DNA of 64,000 nucleotides from Negativicutes bacterium (lineage in GTDB: Bacteria; Bacillota; Negativicutes; UBA1444). Shown piece by piece: positions 1 through 11,505 of the stretch. The notes below the pieces were generated by a model. The model did no database searches and had not been told where the DNA came from. It saw only the letters and a list, made by a program, of their open reading frames with translations. The DNA lies in the NCBI GenBank assembly GCA_963665275.2, contig CAXXIN010000016.1:224001-288000 (forward strand). The letters run 5' to 3'. A program made the translations under genes and the position numbers. How positions within the stretch are numbered: position 1 is the stretch's first letter; every line of letters begins with the position of its first letter.

Positions 1-1942
1 CTAAGTGGATTGACGGTGGCTTTTGATTTGGCGCAAAAGGGTTACTCGGTGACGATCTATGAAGCTACTGAGCGCATTGGCGGGCGAATATGGACTTATA
101 GCGAACAACAGCTGCCGCGCCAGCTGATTGAAGCGGATCTGGCGGCACTTGCCGCATTGGGCGCTGAGGTGCGATGCAACGTGCGGGCTGGGACTGGCGA
201 AGCTGTCGACTACGACGTGCTACGCGAGCAATATGACGCGATATATGTCGGGACTGGCGTAATAGAGCGGGAGAAGTGGCAGGCCGAGATTGACCCGGCA
301 ACGCAGGCGACTAGGCAAGAAAAGATTTTTGCCGGGGGAGGGGTGACTCCTTATTCGCCCATCACTTCGGTGTTGCAGGGGCGGATTGCGGCGATTTCGA
401 TCGACCGTTTCTTGCAGAAGGCCTCGTTGACTGCAGGACGGGAATCGTTGGGTTCTTATGAGACTAAGCTTTTCACCAGTCTGAAAGGAGTTGTGCCGCG
501 GCTTGCAGCTCCGGCAGCTTCCGGGGTAATCGGTTATACTCAAGCGGAAGCCGGGACGGAAGCTCTACGGTGTTTGCAGTGCCAGTGCCTGGAATGCGTG
601 AAAGTCTGTGAGTATCTGGGACATTTCGGATCCTATCCCAAGCGATACGTACGCGAAATTTACAACAATGACACGATTGTGATGGGAATTCACCATGCCA
701 ATAAAATGGTGAATTCCTGTGCGCTGTGCGGCTTATGCGCAACGGTTTGTCCCAATGGACTGGACATGGGAACGGTTTTGTCTGGATGCACGGCAAGGTA
801 TGGTTGCCAAAGGCAAGATGCCGCCTTCGGCGCATGACTTTGCTTTGCGTGACATGGAGTTCAGCACCGGTGAACAATTTGCAATGGCACGTCATCAGCC
901 CGGATTTGCTGTGAGTCAGTATCTTTTTTACCCTGGCTGCCAGTTGGCGGCTTCTGCACCGGCTCAGGTCGAGAAGGCCTACGATTATTTGCGTCAGAAA
1001 CTCGACGGGGGCGTCGGTCTGATGCTGGACTGTTGTGGTGCGCCGGCCGAGTGGGCGGGGCGGCAGGACCTGTTTCAGTCAAAATTGCAGATGTTTGAAG
1101 TGGAGTGGCGCAGACTGGGTTCGCCTGTGATCATTGCCGCCTGTGCCAGCTGTTGCCGGATATTCGGGCAATTCTTGCCGCAGATCCCGGTGAAATCGCT
1201 ATGGGCGATTATTGATTCGGTGGGCTTGCCTGCGTTGGCAAGTGCTCCAGATGAGGATGCTCTGTGCATTCACGACCCGTGCTCTGCCCGCCAATCAGCA
1301 CAGATGCAGGATCAGGTGCGCAGACTGCTTGAAAAAACTGGCGTGACGGTGGAGGAACCGGAATTGACGCGGGATCTGACCACCTGCTGCAGTTATGGGG
1401 GCCTGATGTCTTTTGCCAACCCGGAAGTGGCGAAAAAGGTCGTGCAGGGCCGAATCAGCGCCAGCGCGAAAGATTTTGTCGTCTACTGCGCGATGTGCCG
1501 GGATAATTTTTCGTCCGGTGGCAAGAGAGCCCTGCATGTGATGGATATATTGTGGCCTGACGGTACAGACGCTGCGGCGCGCCTCGCACCTGACTTTTCA
1601 ATGCGGCGTGAAAACCGTGCGCGGCTGAAAATCAAGCTGCTACGTGAACTATGGGGGGAAACCATGAGTGAGGTCAATGAGTTGATCGCGATGGAAATTT
1701 CACCGGAGATGCGCAAGATAATGGAAGAGCGCATGATCCTGGTGGAGGATGTCCGGCAGGTGATTCTCCATGCCGAAACCTCCGGCGAAAGCTTGCTGGA
1801 TCAGGCGACCGGCCGACGGATCGCTCATTTCCGTCCGGGCAGCGTGACGTATTGGGTGGAATATTCTCGGCTCGGAGACGGATTCTTGGTGCACAAGGCG
1901 TACAGTCACCGGATGATGGTTATAGAGGAGGCGGGGGTGTGA
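1..1942 (+). CDS. Pyridine nucleotide-disulfide oxidoreductase / Fe-S dicluster / CCG-domain protein (5' end outside window; one frameshift near 775)
   Basis: ORFs 10..837 and 719..1942 join into one protein. Motifs: GltD-like FAD fold (AFDLAQKGYSVTIYE..IGG), ferredoxin motifs CLQCQCLECVKVC and CALCGLCATVCP, CCG motifs (YPGC, CCG, HDPC, CCSYGG). Confidence 0.85.
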
Positions 1943-2121
1943 CACTGGTTTGCGGTAAATGCGGCGTGCCTCTGATAGCGGGGAAAGTCACGGTCCGGTA
2001 CCTGGACAGCGCCTTTCCGGTGGAATTGCCGAAATGCCCAAAATGTGGACTGACTTACGTGCCGGAACCGCTGGCAATCGGTAAAATGCTGGAAGTGGAA
2101 AAAGCGCTGGAGGACAAGTGA
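1939..2121 (+). CDS. DVU_1557-family small CxxC redox/zinc-ribbon protein
   Basis: GTG start overlaps the upstream TGA; CGKC...CPKCG; C-terminus LAIGKMLEVEKALEDK is typical of the family. Confidence 0.8.
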   Translation: MTLVCGKCGVPLIAGKVTVRYLDSAFPVELPKCPKCGLTYVPEPLAIGKMLEVEKALEDK

Positions 2122-3260
2122 TCATGCCGGCGAAGCCCAAAATTGCTGCAATTATCCTGGCGGCGGGATATTCTTCGCGTATGAAGGAATGGAAGCCGTT
2201 GCTGCCCTTGGGAAATACATCAGTGATCGGGCACGTGATCAGCACGTTTCAAAAGGCTGGAGTTTCAGACATTGTAGTAGTGGCTGGTCATCGGGCGCCA
2301 GAACTGGCTGCGGCGATCCAGAGCAAGGCAGTGCGCTGCGTGGTGAATGAGCTCTACGACAAAGGCATGTACGAATCTGTCGTCACCGGTGTCCGGGCTT
2401 TGCCTGAGGATACAGAGGCTTTTTTCCTTTTGCCTGTGGATGTGCCGCTGGTCAAAAGCCATAGCATAAGGTTGCTGGCCCGTCATTTTGCCGCTGGCGC
2501 CGGTGGGATCATCTATCCGGTGTTTCAAGGACAACGGGGTCACCCACCGCTGATCAGTACCAGATTTGCACCGTTGATTCTGGCTGGATCCCCGCCTGGG
2601 GGACTGCGGGCCCTGCTTGAAGAGCATGACGAGTCGGCGCAGGAAGTGGCAGTGCTGGATGAAGGTATCCTGATGGACATGAATACGCAGGAGGACTACC
2701 GCCGAATCCAGGAGCGGTTACGGGACCGAACGACCCCTTCTCCGGATGAATGCGCGGCGATTCTGGTTCAGGCCGGCACACCGGAGGTCGTGGTGAAACA
2801 TGGACGTCAGGTAGCCAGCCTGGCAGGTGAAATATCAGCCCAGCTCAATCAGGCAGGCATGTTGCTGGATACTCGTCTGCTGCAAACAGCCGCACTCTTG
2901 CATGATCTGGCCAAAGGCAGAAAAAACCACGCACAGGTGGGTTGTCGCCTGTTGCAAAGCATGGGTTACCCTCAAGTGGCCAATATTGTTAAACGCCATA
3001 TGGATATGGAATTCGATGCGGAGTCAACACTGGATGAAGCTGGAGTGCTATACCTTGCTGACAAGCTGGTTTCTCAGGACCGGTTGGTTTCCCTTACGGA
3101 CCGCTTCATATCGGCATCAAAACGATATCCTGAAGCGCACCCGGCTCAGCCGTTTATTCGCCATCGCCTGGATACGGCTAACAGGATTGCCTCAGTGGTG
3201 GAGAAAATTATTGGTCAACCGCTGGACCGTATAATGAGAAAATTGGGAGCTAGTTATTGA
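2118..3260 (+). CDS. DVU_1551-family NTP transferase (MocA/MobA-like nucleotidyltransferase plus C-terminal HD domain)
   Basis: ILAAGYSSRM..K.LL, LPVDVP, GHPPL; C-terminal H..LLHDLAK...H...D HD signature. Confidence 0.85.
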   Translation: MIMPAKPKIAAIILAAGYSSRMKEWKPLLPLGNTSVIGHVISTFQKAGVSDIVVVAGHRAPELAAAIQSKAVRCVVNELYDKGMYESVVTGVRALPEDTEAFFLLPVDVPLVKSHSIRLLARHFAAGAGGIIYPVFQGQRGHPPLISTRFAPLILAGSPPGGLRALLEEHDESAQEVAVLDEGILMDMNTQEDYRRIQERLRDRTTPSPDECAAILVQAGTPEVVVKHGRQVASLAGEISAQLNQAGMLLDTRLLQTAALLHDLAKGRKNHAQVGCRLLQSMGYPQVANIVKRHMDMEFDAESTLDEAGVLYLADKLVSQDRLVSLTDRFISASKRYPEAHPAQPFIRHRLDTANRIASVVEKIIGQPLDRIMRKLGASY

Positions 3261-4652
3261 TGAAAAGTTCACCTGCGGTTTTATTAAGTGAAACACAGAG
3301 CCTTTGCCCGATATGTTTAAAGCGGGTAAAAGCCAAACGAGTGGCTTATGGCGATGATGTTTATTTGGAAAAAACCTGTGACCGGCATGGCGATTTTCGG
3401 GTAATTGTTTGGCGTGGCAATCCGCAGTACGGGAAGTGGAGCGTTGCCAGGCACCCTTCAACTCCGCCGGTCTGTGATACGCAGGTTGACAGAGGATGCC
3501 CTTATGACTGCGGACTGTGTCCAGACCATCGGCAACATTCCTGCTGCGTTTTGCTGGAGGTCACCAGTCGGTGCAATCTGGGCTGTCCGGTGTGCTTCGC
3601 GCAGGCAGGCAGTGCCTGTGATGATCCGACGCTTGCGGATATCGAGGGGTGGTACAAAAAACTATTAGCCAGCGGCGGTCCTTTCAACATCCAGCTATCT
3701 GGCGGTGAACCTACCATGCGGGATGATTTGCCGGAAATCATTGCGATGGGACGTTCGCTTGGCTTTGGATTTATTCAACTGAATACCAATGGCCTTCGCT
3801 TGGCAACGGAACCCGGGTATGTCCAAAAACTTAAAAACGCAGGATTGTCCTGTGTCTTTCTCCAGTTCGACGGGACGCGCAGCGACATTTACGAGAAGAT
3901 ACGGGGCAAGTCGATATTGGCAGCCAAAGAGGCGGTAGTGGCGAACTGCACGCAGCAGGGGCTTGGCGTTGTTTTGGTGGCGACACTAGTGCCCGGAGTG
4001 AATGCGAATAATATCGGCGATCTGATCAACTGGGGCTTGTCCCATGCCCCGACGGTCAGGGGCGTGCATTTCCAGCCCATCAGCTATTTCGGCCGCTATC
4101 CAATGACGCCTCAGGACTGCGACCGGATCACCCTGCCTGAATTGATGCGCGAAATCGAACGGCAGACGGATGGCAGGGTACAGGCGGCGGATTTGCGTCC
4201 CCCCGGCGGAGAAAATGCCTATTGTTCGTTTCACGGAAATTTTTGTAGTTATGCCGGATGGAGAGCTACAGGCCTTGGTGGCGGATAATCCATCAGGCTG
4301 CTGTCAGAGCGCTGTTGCTGGAGACGGTGCGAAGAAAGCGCAGGCCTTTGTGGCGAAACGGTGGACGTTGCCGGCTGAAAAAACAGCGGTGGCAGCGGAA
4401 AAATGTGTGGGCGATTGCTGTGGCGTTAATGTTGACAGCCTGGATTTTTTTCTAAACCGGGTGGAGCAGTATTCGTTCTGCATTTCGGCTATGGCGTTTC
4501 AGGATGTTTGGAACTTGGACCTGGACCGGTTGCGGGACTGTTTTATCCATGTGATGGCTCCTGATGGTAAGCTTATTCCTTTTTGCGCCTATAATCTGAC
4601 TTCCCAATCAGGAGTGGGGCTATATCGTGCTGGAGTTGTCAGCCAACCATGA
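3257..4652 (+). CDS. trsS: Radical SAM protein, TrsS family (frameshift near 4240)
   Basis: N-terminal SLCPIC..C..HG; CPYDCGLC; CNLGCPVC radical-SAM triad; SGGEPT; C-terminal MAFQDVWNLDLDRLRDCFIH..IPFCAYN lies in ORF 4170..4652. Confidence 0.85.
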
Positions 4653-5977
4653 TGCGAAAAACGCCACTGGACATGTGGCTGGAGAATAGTATCGGCTGCG
4701 GCGGGGGCATGCTGAATCAGGAGCGGCTTCGTCAATATCAGCAAGAACGGTTGGCGGCAACGTTGAAGTGGGCGGCGGAAAAAAGCCCATTTTACCGTCG
4801 CCTGCTGCCAGATTGGGCGGCGATGGGGCTGGAGACGATGGACTCATGGCCGGATCTCCCTTTTACGACGGCTGATGACTTGCGCCAGCAGATGGATCAG
4901 AGTTTCTGTGCCTGTCGCAAAGCGAGATCTGCCGTGTGGTGACATTGGATACTTCGGGAACGGATGGTCGGCCGAAACGCCTTTATTTTACAGCTGACGA
5001 ACAGGAAACAACAGTGGATTTCTTTGCAGTGGGCATGTCGACGCTCGTGGGTCAAGGAGACAGGGTGTTGATCCTGCTGCCGGGTGAACGCCCGGGTAGC
5101 GTAGTGGAATTGTTGGAACGCGCCTTGAAAAAATTGGGTGCGGTACCGATCCCCCATGGACCGGTGCAGAATCTGGCGAAAACGCTGGAGTTGCTGCAGG
5201 TGAAAGCCGTAGACACGCTGGTAGGAATCCCGACTCAGGTGCTGGCGCTGGCACGCTATTCGTTGATGCGTGCTGAACCTGTCCGGCTAAAAAGTGTATT
5301 GTTGAGTACGGATCATGCGGCAAAAACTCTGGTGCAGGCAATCGAAAAAAGCTGGCAATGCCAGGTGTTCGATCACTATGGCATGACCGAAATGGGTTTG
5401 GGTGGCGGCGTTGATTGCGAGGCTCACGCCGGCTATCATTTGCGGACGCGGACTTGTATTTTGAAGTGGTTGATACCGTGACAGGCGAACCGGCGCAGGA
5501 TGAGCCGAAGGAGAAGTCGTATTTACGACGCTGACGCGGCGGGGCATGCCGCTGATCCGCTATCGCAGCGGCGATATCGCCAGGTTTTTGCCGGAACCCT
5601 GTAGTTGTGGTTCAAGACTCAGGCGACTGGACTATATCCGCCGTCGCGTGGAGGGGCCCGCACAACTGGACGCGAATTGTGTTTTGACGATGGAAGAGCT
5701 TGACGAATGGCTGTTCGCAGTACCCGGAGTAATCGATTTCTTTGCCACTGTTGATTCCAGAAGCAAACCGGTGCAGCTTTCCATCCAACTGCTGACGATC
5801 GGAGAGGCGGCAGCGGCCCGGCGGCAGGCAAGGCAGCGAGTGGAGCTGCTGCCGGCACTGCGCGATTTGCAAGTAAATAAGGGCCTTACCCTTGATATTC
5901 AGGCGGTCGTCTGTGATGGAAGTCTGCCGATGGCTGCCGGGAAGCGAAAAATCAACAAAATAGGAGGATCGGCGTGA
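4649..5977 (+). CDS. DVU_1553-family AMP-dependent (phenylacetate-CoA-ligase-like) CoA ligase, split by several frameshifts
   Basis: Pieces 4649..4942, 4936..5481 and 5546..5977 carry SPFY..LPFT, TSGT.G.PK, YGMTE and MPLIRYRSGD..PCSCGS motifs. Confidence 0.8.
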
Positions 5978-6574
5978 GAAATAAGACGGTGTATCTGCTG
6001 CGGCACGGAAAGATAGCAGTTGGGGGAGAGCAGCGGCGCTACATCGGTCAAGCCGATATTCCGTTGGAGGCTGCAGGAATCTGCCAGGCAGAACGACTGC
6101 AAGGCCGGTTGGCGAAAATCGGATTCGCGGCTGTATATTGCAGCGACCTGGTGCGAAGCCGGGAAACAGCTAGAATCATTGCCGACAGAACGCAGGCATG
6201 CGTCGAGGTCCGGCCGAAACTGCGCGAAATCAATCTAGGGGGAATGGGAGGGGCTTACCTTTGACGAAGTCGCCCGACGTTTCCCGGGTGAGTTTGAGGC
6301 GCGCGGCAAAGACATCGCCTATTATCGCACGCCTGGAGGCGAAAGTTTCGCTGACTGCAGCCAGCGTATAGTAGCGGCTTTTCATGCAATCATGGCTGAA
6401 GCAGAGGAACCGGTGGTAATTGTCGGTCACGCCGGGGTCAACCGGTTGATCTTGTGTTATGTGCTGGGAATGCCGCTGACCAATCTTTTTCGAATTCGAC
6501 AGGATTATGGCTGTATTAATGTCATTCAGTATGCGGGGACCAGCGGACAGATAAAACTGATTAATTCGGTATAA
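5974..6574 (+). CDS. Histidine phosphatase family protein (CobC/PGM-like; frameshift near 6240)
   Basis: LLRHG, SDL.R..ETA, LREI.LG, GGESF, VGHAGV motifs. Confidence 0.85.
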
Positions 6575-6607
6575 GGGTGCTTGCGAGTTGCAAGGGAGGG
6601 AGATGCA

Positions 6608-7063
6608 ATGAAAGAAGAGGAACGTATATTCGAGCTCCATTTGCAGGGCTTTCACTGTGCTCAGATCTTGTTGATGATGGGCTTGGAACATCAGGGGAAA
6701 GAGGATCCTGATCTGATCCGGGCAATGAACGGTCTTTCCGGTGGTTTGGGTTTTCAGGGGAAAAACTGCGGCGCATTGAGTGGAGGAGCCTGTCTGTTGG
6801 CGCTGTTTGCCGGGCGGGGCAAGCTAGAAGAGACGGAACATCGCTCTTTGAATCTGATGATCCAACAGCTTGTGGAGTGGTTCGAAGTAGGGTACGGTGA
6901 GGAGTATGGAGGAATCGATTGCAGCAAAATATTGGGCGGAGATCCGTGGAACCGTATGACCCGTTGTCCGAAGCTGATCAGCGAAACTTATTTCATGGTA
7001 CGGGAACTGCTCAAGGAGAACGGCCTGGCTTTTCAGACCGACCTGACGGACGATGAAATCTGA
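6608..7063 (+). CDS. DVU_1555-family C-GCAxxG-C-C redox protein
   Basis: GFHCAQ, NCGALSGG, IDC and C near the C-terminus; RBS GGAGG upstream. Confidence 0.85.
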   Translation: MKEEERIFELHLQGFHCAQILLMMGLEHQGKEDPDLIRAMNGLSGGLGFQGKNCGALSGGACLLALFAGRGKLEETEHRSLNLMIQQLVEWFEVGYGEEYGGIDCSKILGGDPWNRMTRCPKLISETYFMVRELLKENGLAFQTDLTDDEI

Positions 7064-7074
7064 ATAAGAATGAC

Positions 7075-7105
7075 AAAAAAGCACCGTTTTGAAGGGTGCT
7101 TTTTT
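7075..7105. terminator. Bidirectional rho-independent terminator
   Basis: AAAAAAGCACC-loop-GGTGCTTTTTT between convergent genes. Confidence 0.8.
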
Positions 7106-7134
7106 AGATCCGGGAGCGATTTTGCGAAAGCGAA

Positions 7135-7447
7135 TTACACTGGCTGGATGAATACTTCCATGGCGCCGCCGCACACCATTCCAATATCAGCTGCGTCTGC
7201 ACCAAGCATGGAGATCGATACAATGCAGGGATGGCCGGTATCAAGGACCAACAGGGCCTTGAGTTTGGCTTCGGCTTCAGAGCAACCTCCACCGATCGTT
7301 CCATAAGTTTCCCCCACCAGGGAATACCAGCATTTTCGCACCCGCCTTGCATGGCGCCGAGCCCGCGGTGGAAATGATGGTCGCCAATGCTGTCGGTTGT
7401 TTGTTTTCCAGGCGCTGTGCCAGCATACGCAGCAAATCCTCAGTCAT
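7135..7447 (-). CDS. xdhC: XdhC/CoxI-domain small protein (frameshift near 7315)
   Basis: ALATIIST.GSAP.K.GAKMLV continues as GTIGGGC.E...CGG.MEVFI across ORFs 7277..7519 and 7135..7341. Confidence 0.8.
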
Positions 7448-8214
7448 GTTTCTCCTTCCTTGTCGCACTGAGCGGCTGACAGGTTCCGCCTTTGGCGGTG
7501 GATACGATCTCGGCTGCAATGCTTAACGCGATCTCCGCCGGAGATTGCGCATGAATATCGAGCCCAATAGGAGCCCGCACCCGTTGCAGCAATGCGGGAC
7601 CCGCTCCATCCTGGCGTAGTGCTTCAAAAACAGTGGCAACTTTATGCTTGCTGCCAATCATTCCGATATAGAAAGCTTCACTCGGCAATGCCTGTCGCAG
7701 GCATTCCAAATCATGCTGATGGCCCGCGCGTCACGATCACGATGGCTGTTGCCGGCGTATATTCAAGCTGCGCAAATGCATTTTGAAAGGAGTTGCATAT
7801 TACTTTCTGCGCAGTTGGAAATCTTGCTGCGTTAGCGAAATCCGGTCGATCATCCACGACTGTAACCGAGTATCCGACCTTGGAGAGGAACTCCGCTAAA
7901 GGTTGGCTGATATGTCCGCCGCCAAAGATAACCGCCTGTTGCTGGAATGAAAGTCTGTCCCAGAAAAAATCGAAGTCAGGCCGCCCGACAAGCTGAAACA
8001 GTTTTGGCCTCTCCCATACTGCGTTGGTTAGATGATGCAGAATGTCGGCCGTCACCTCAGCGTTTATTATGCAGCCTTTTGCAGGACCATCTGAATAAAT
8101 CAACGCTTGTTGTCCAATATATTCTTGGAAGGAGGACGGTCCTCGGACCAATGTGACAATAAATACGGGTTGCTCCGACTGGGCATCTTTCAGAAGCTCC
8201 GAAAACAAATTCAC
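7440..8214 (-). CDS. xdhC: XdhC-family molybdenum cofactor chaperone, Rossmann domain (frameshift near 7720)
   Basis: IFGGGHIS, VDDRP, IVTRG, YIGMIGS, APIGLDI..SPAEIALSI.AE. Confidence 0.85.
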
Positions 8215-8399
8215 CGTGTTGGGGTCAGCCCCTTTCGCTCATATTTATATCAACCTTTTTCTGTAACAGTCGCATTAAGCAAAGGTGGGGATTTACGGTT
8301 TATCTGGATACTTACAGCAACATTCTACCATTGTGCCCATTGTATTTCCAGTGATGAGTATATAATCGGCGAAATAGGTGGCTGTTATCCGACAAAGGA

Positions 8400-8454
8400 T
8401 TGACAGGCAAATATAACGATGTTATATTTATGTTCGCAGTATAACAATGTTATA
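8400..8454 (+). promoter_or_regulatory. Sigma-A promoter overlapped by two palindromic operators (likely TetR sites)
   Basis: TTGACA(8400)-17-TATATT(8423); palindromes AAATATAAC-gat-GTTATATTT (8409-8429) and TATAAC-aat-GTTATA (8440-8454). Confidence 0.8.
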
Positions 8455-8514
8455 TTTGCAAGATTCGTTGTCCGTATGCGCGTGCCAATCTATAACTAAA
8501 GCGAGGTTGTTGCG

Positions 8515-9905
8515 ATGAAAATTCTGGTACTCAACGGCAGTCCCAAGGGCGATCTCAGCGTTACCATGCAATACGTTGCTTTCCTGCAAAAAATGAATCC
8601 GGAGCATACACTCAAAATTATTAACATTGCCCAACAGATCAAAAAAATTGAGCAAAGTGAGTCCGACCTCAATGAAATCGTGGAGGAAATAAAAAACGCC
8701 GACGGTTTGCTGTGGGCTTTTCCGCTATACGTCTTTTTGGTTCATTCTCAATACAAGCGATTTATTGAACTCATCCAAGAAAGAAATGTTACGGATGCAT
8801 TCCGGGGAAAATATACCGCAGTGCTGACTACATCGATTCATTTTTTTGACCACACCGCGCATCAATATATGAGGGGGGATATGTGACGACCTGGATATGA
8901 ATTTCTGTGATTCATTCTCGGCCGGTATGCGTGATTTGTTTAAAGATCGTGAAAGAAACAATTTGCTGAATTTTTACAACGGATTTCTCGATGCAGGTCA
9001 AAGAAAAGCACCCTGCGCCAAGCTGTATGCGCCGTTGATCGATAATATTCCGGAATATATTCCCGGTCAGGGCAAAATTGCCGCTGGAGCAATCGACCCC
9101 AAACGCAAAATTGTCATTGTTACCGACGCGGGAGAACACCAGGTCAACCTCCAGCGGATGATCGAGCACTTTGCCGCCCAGTTTGCGGAGCATCCGGAAG
9201 TGGTGAATTTACACCAGATCGATATTAAAGGCAGTTGTCTGGGCTGCATCCGCTGCGGTTATGACAATCGCTGCGTCTATACAGGGCGTGATGGGTTCAT
9301 TGATATGTACAACAAGTTAAAAACAGCGGATGTTCTGGTTTTTGCCGGGACGATTCGTGATCGATACTTGTCATCCTTGTGGAAGACGTTTTTTGATCGT
9401 GCTTTTTTCAACACCCACATGCCTTCTTTTGCAGGCAAACAGCTTGCTTTTCTGGTGAGCGGGGCCCTTGCGGCAGTTGCCGAACCTCAGGCAAATCTTG
9501 GAAGCCTATGCGGAACTCCAACAAGCAAACCTGGCGGGAATCGTCACCGATGAGCAGCCCGAATCCAGCGCAACTGATTCCGCGCTGCAGGAACTAGCGC
9601 TGCGGAGCCTGAACTATGCCGAATGCAACTATAGAAGACCAAGCACTTTCCTCGGCGTAGGCGGAACCAAAATATTTCGGGATGAAGTCTGGGGGCCGCT
9701 CCGATTTCCATTTGTCGCCGATCACCAGTATTACAAACGGCATGGAGTGTACGATTTTCCACAGAACGATTATGCGTCCCGGGTGCGCAACTTCTTTTTA
9801 GGGCTGCTGGCGAAATTCCCAGCGATCCGCAAAGAGCTTTATGGGCAAAAAATGACCGAATATATGATTAAAGATTATAAAATGTTCATTGAAAGGGGAC
9901 GTTAG
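8515..9905 (+). CDS. NAD(P)H-dependent flavin oxidoreductase with two flavodoxin-like domains (iron-sulfur flavoprotein type; two frameshifts)
   Basis: MKILVLNGSPKG, AFPLY, CLGCIRCG...C; pieces 8515..8886, 8897..9553 and 9468..9905. Confidence 0.8.
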
Positions 9906-9909
9906 CAGG

Positions 9910-10566
9910 ATGGATAACGTTGATCAGGCCGATACTCGCAGCGTAATTCTGGCGCAGGCCCGTGAGCTTTTTTTAACGCTGGGGTACCATAAGACAACGA
10001 TGCGCAATATTGCCGAAGCGGCAGGGATTTCTACCGGGCCGCTGTATTTTCACTTCCGCGACAAGGCTGCAGTGTTCTTTTATATTTGCAGTGAGGCTTT
10101 TGACTGTCTGGGGGCTGAATTTTGTCGTATTTCCAAGGAAGTGGAGGGCGCCGGCGAGCGTCTCCGCAATATATTCTTGGCCTATAAGGCTTTTTACTAC
10201 CGGGAACCGCAGCTTTTTGCGATGATGCATTTGGCTACAGATCCCATGTCCGGAATTGGTCTGCCGGAGTCCCTGGCCGAGGCCTTGTTGCAAAAAGGGA
10301 TTGCATTGGTCAAGATTATGGAGGATATCATTCGGGATGGAATTACCTGCAAGGAGATCAGGCCGGTTGATCCGGCCAAGCTAGCCGTATACTTGTATTC
10401 GGTCGCCGAAGGGATTTTTGTCTCCAATCGCATGGGCGTTCTGAGGCAACAGAATATTGGCATGGATGAAATGATTGATGCTGCGATTGAATTGGTTGGT
10501 GTGGGAATGGTCGATATGGGCGGATCAGGAGTTGGAGCTCAGACAGGCACGATGAGGGGCGAGTAG
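9910..10566 (+). CDS. TetR/AcrR family transcriptional regulator
   Basis: ARELF...GYHKTTMRNIAEAAGISTGPLYFHFRDK HTH. Confidence 0.95.
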   Translation: MDNVDQADTRSVILAQARELFLTLGYHKTTMRNIAEAAGISTGPLYFHFRDKAAVFFYICSEAFDCLGAEFCRISKEVEGAGERLRNIFLAYKAFYYREPQLFAMMHLATDPMSGIGLPESLAEALLQKGIALVKIMEDIIRDGITCKEIRPVDPAKLAVYLYSVAEGIFVSNRMGVLRQQNIGMDEMIDAAIELVGVGMVDMGGSGVGAQTGTMRGE

Positions 10567-10666
10567 GCGGGAGAAGTCGAAAAAATATCGGTGAAATTGA
10601 GAAAAATATCATCAATAATGACGGACTCAGAATTTTTCAGAGTTTATCATGATTATGTGGAATAGG

Positions 10667-10709
10667 AACAAAGACGGTCCCGGCTAAATTTCCGGAACCG
10701 TCTTTGTTT
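10667..10709. terminator. Rho-independent terminator hairpin
   Basis: AACAAAGACGGTCCCGG...CCGGAACCGTCTTTGTT inverted repeat between convergent genes. Confidence 0.7.
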
Positions 10710-10832
10710 GTTAATAGGTCTAATTCCGCTGGCTTTCCGAGGCGCTCTTTTCGCGAAGTAGCAGTATAAGAAGTGATCCGATAGCTGAAACCTTTGGGTG
10801 GACAATTGAGTGAAAACAAATCGAGAATAATA

Positions 10833-11444
10833 TTATTTGTGAAATGTGGAAATCATATAATCAATAAAGGTCTGGGTCGATTTAGAAACATAACGTCCCT
10901 TTTTCCAAACTAAACCAATATTCAAGTTTAAAGAGGTCGCCATTGGAACCGTGAAAATTGATGGATCGTCAAGTACAGAAAGCTCCATAAGAAACGAGAT
11001 GCCGATATTGCGCGAGACAAGCGTTTTGATCGTTTGAATTTGGCTGGAGGAAAAGACGATGTTGGGAATAAAACCATTCTTTTTACACTGATCAATGATG
11101 ATATCACGCAACCTGGCGCCAGGCATTCTCATGATAAAACGTTCGTTTTGCAAATCGGGAAAGGAAACTGATTTTTGCAACCGCAAGGGATGCGCTTCTG
11201 CGACACAAAGTAACACATTCTGATTGAAGAGAAATTTTGTCCGCATAGTAGACAGGTTATCAGACAATACAACAATGCCGATATCAAGATCATCCTTTTC
11301 CAACAAGCTCACTATTTTTCCTGATTCGATTTCTGAGGCGACAAGGTTAAGGTGCGGGTAAAGTGAGTTGAATTCGCCGAAAATGCGTGGAAAAAGATAG
11401 TTTCCGATTTGCTGCTGCGTGAAATAAAAAGTAAGGTTGAACAA
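10833..11444 (-). pseudogene. LysR regulator remnant (substrate-binding domain only, HTH missing)
   Basis: YLFPRI...YP, LDIGI, GF.PNI.F, GIS.L motifs; no HTH-coding sequence upstream. Confidence 0.75.
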
Positions 11445-11456
11445 TTGCCTTCAATT

Positions 11457-11505
11457 AAAAAAGTGAGACGTGTGGATATTAAAAAAACCAACGTCTCTTT
11501 TTTTT
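11457..11505 (-). terminator. Terminator-like hairpin downstream of the DUF3999 gene
   Basis: AAAAAAGTGAGACGT...ACGTCTCTTTTTTT. Confidence 0.55.

Noticed and set aside
3257-7063. Selenocysteine recoding in TrsS or the C-GCAxxG-C-C protein
   Set aside because: No in-frame TGA at the Cys positions inspected; the breaks are frameshifts.
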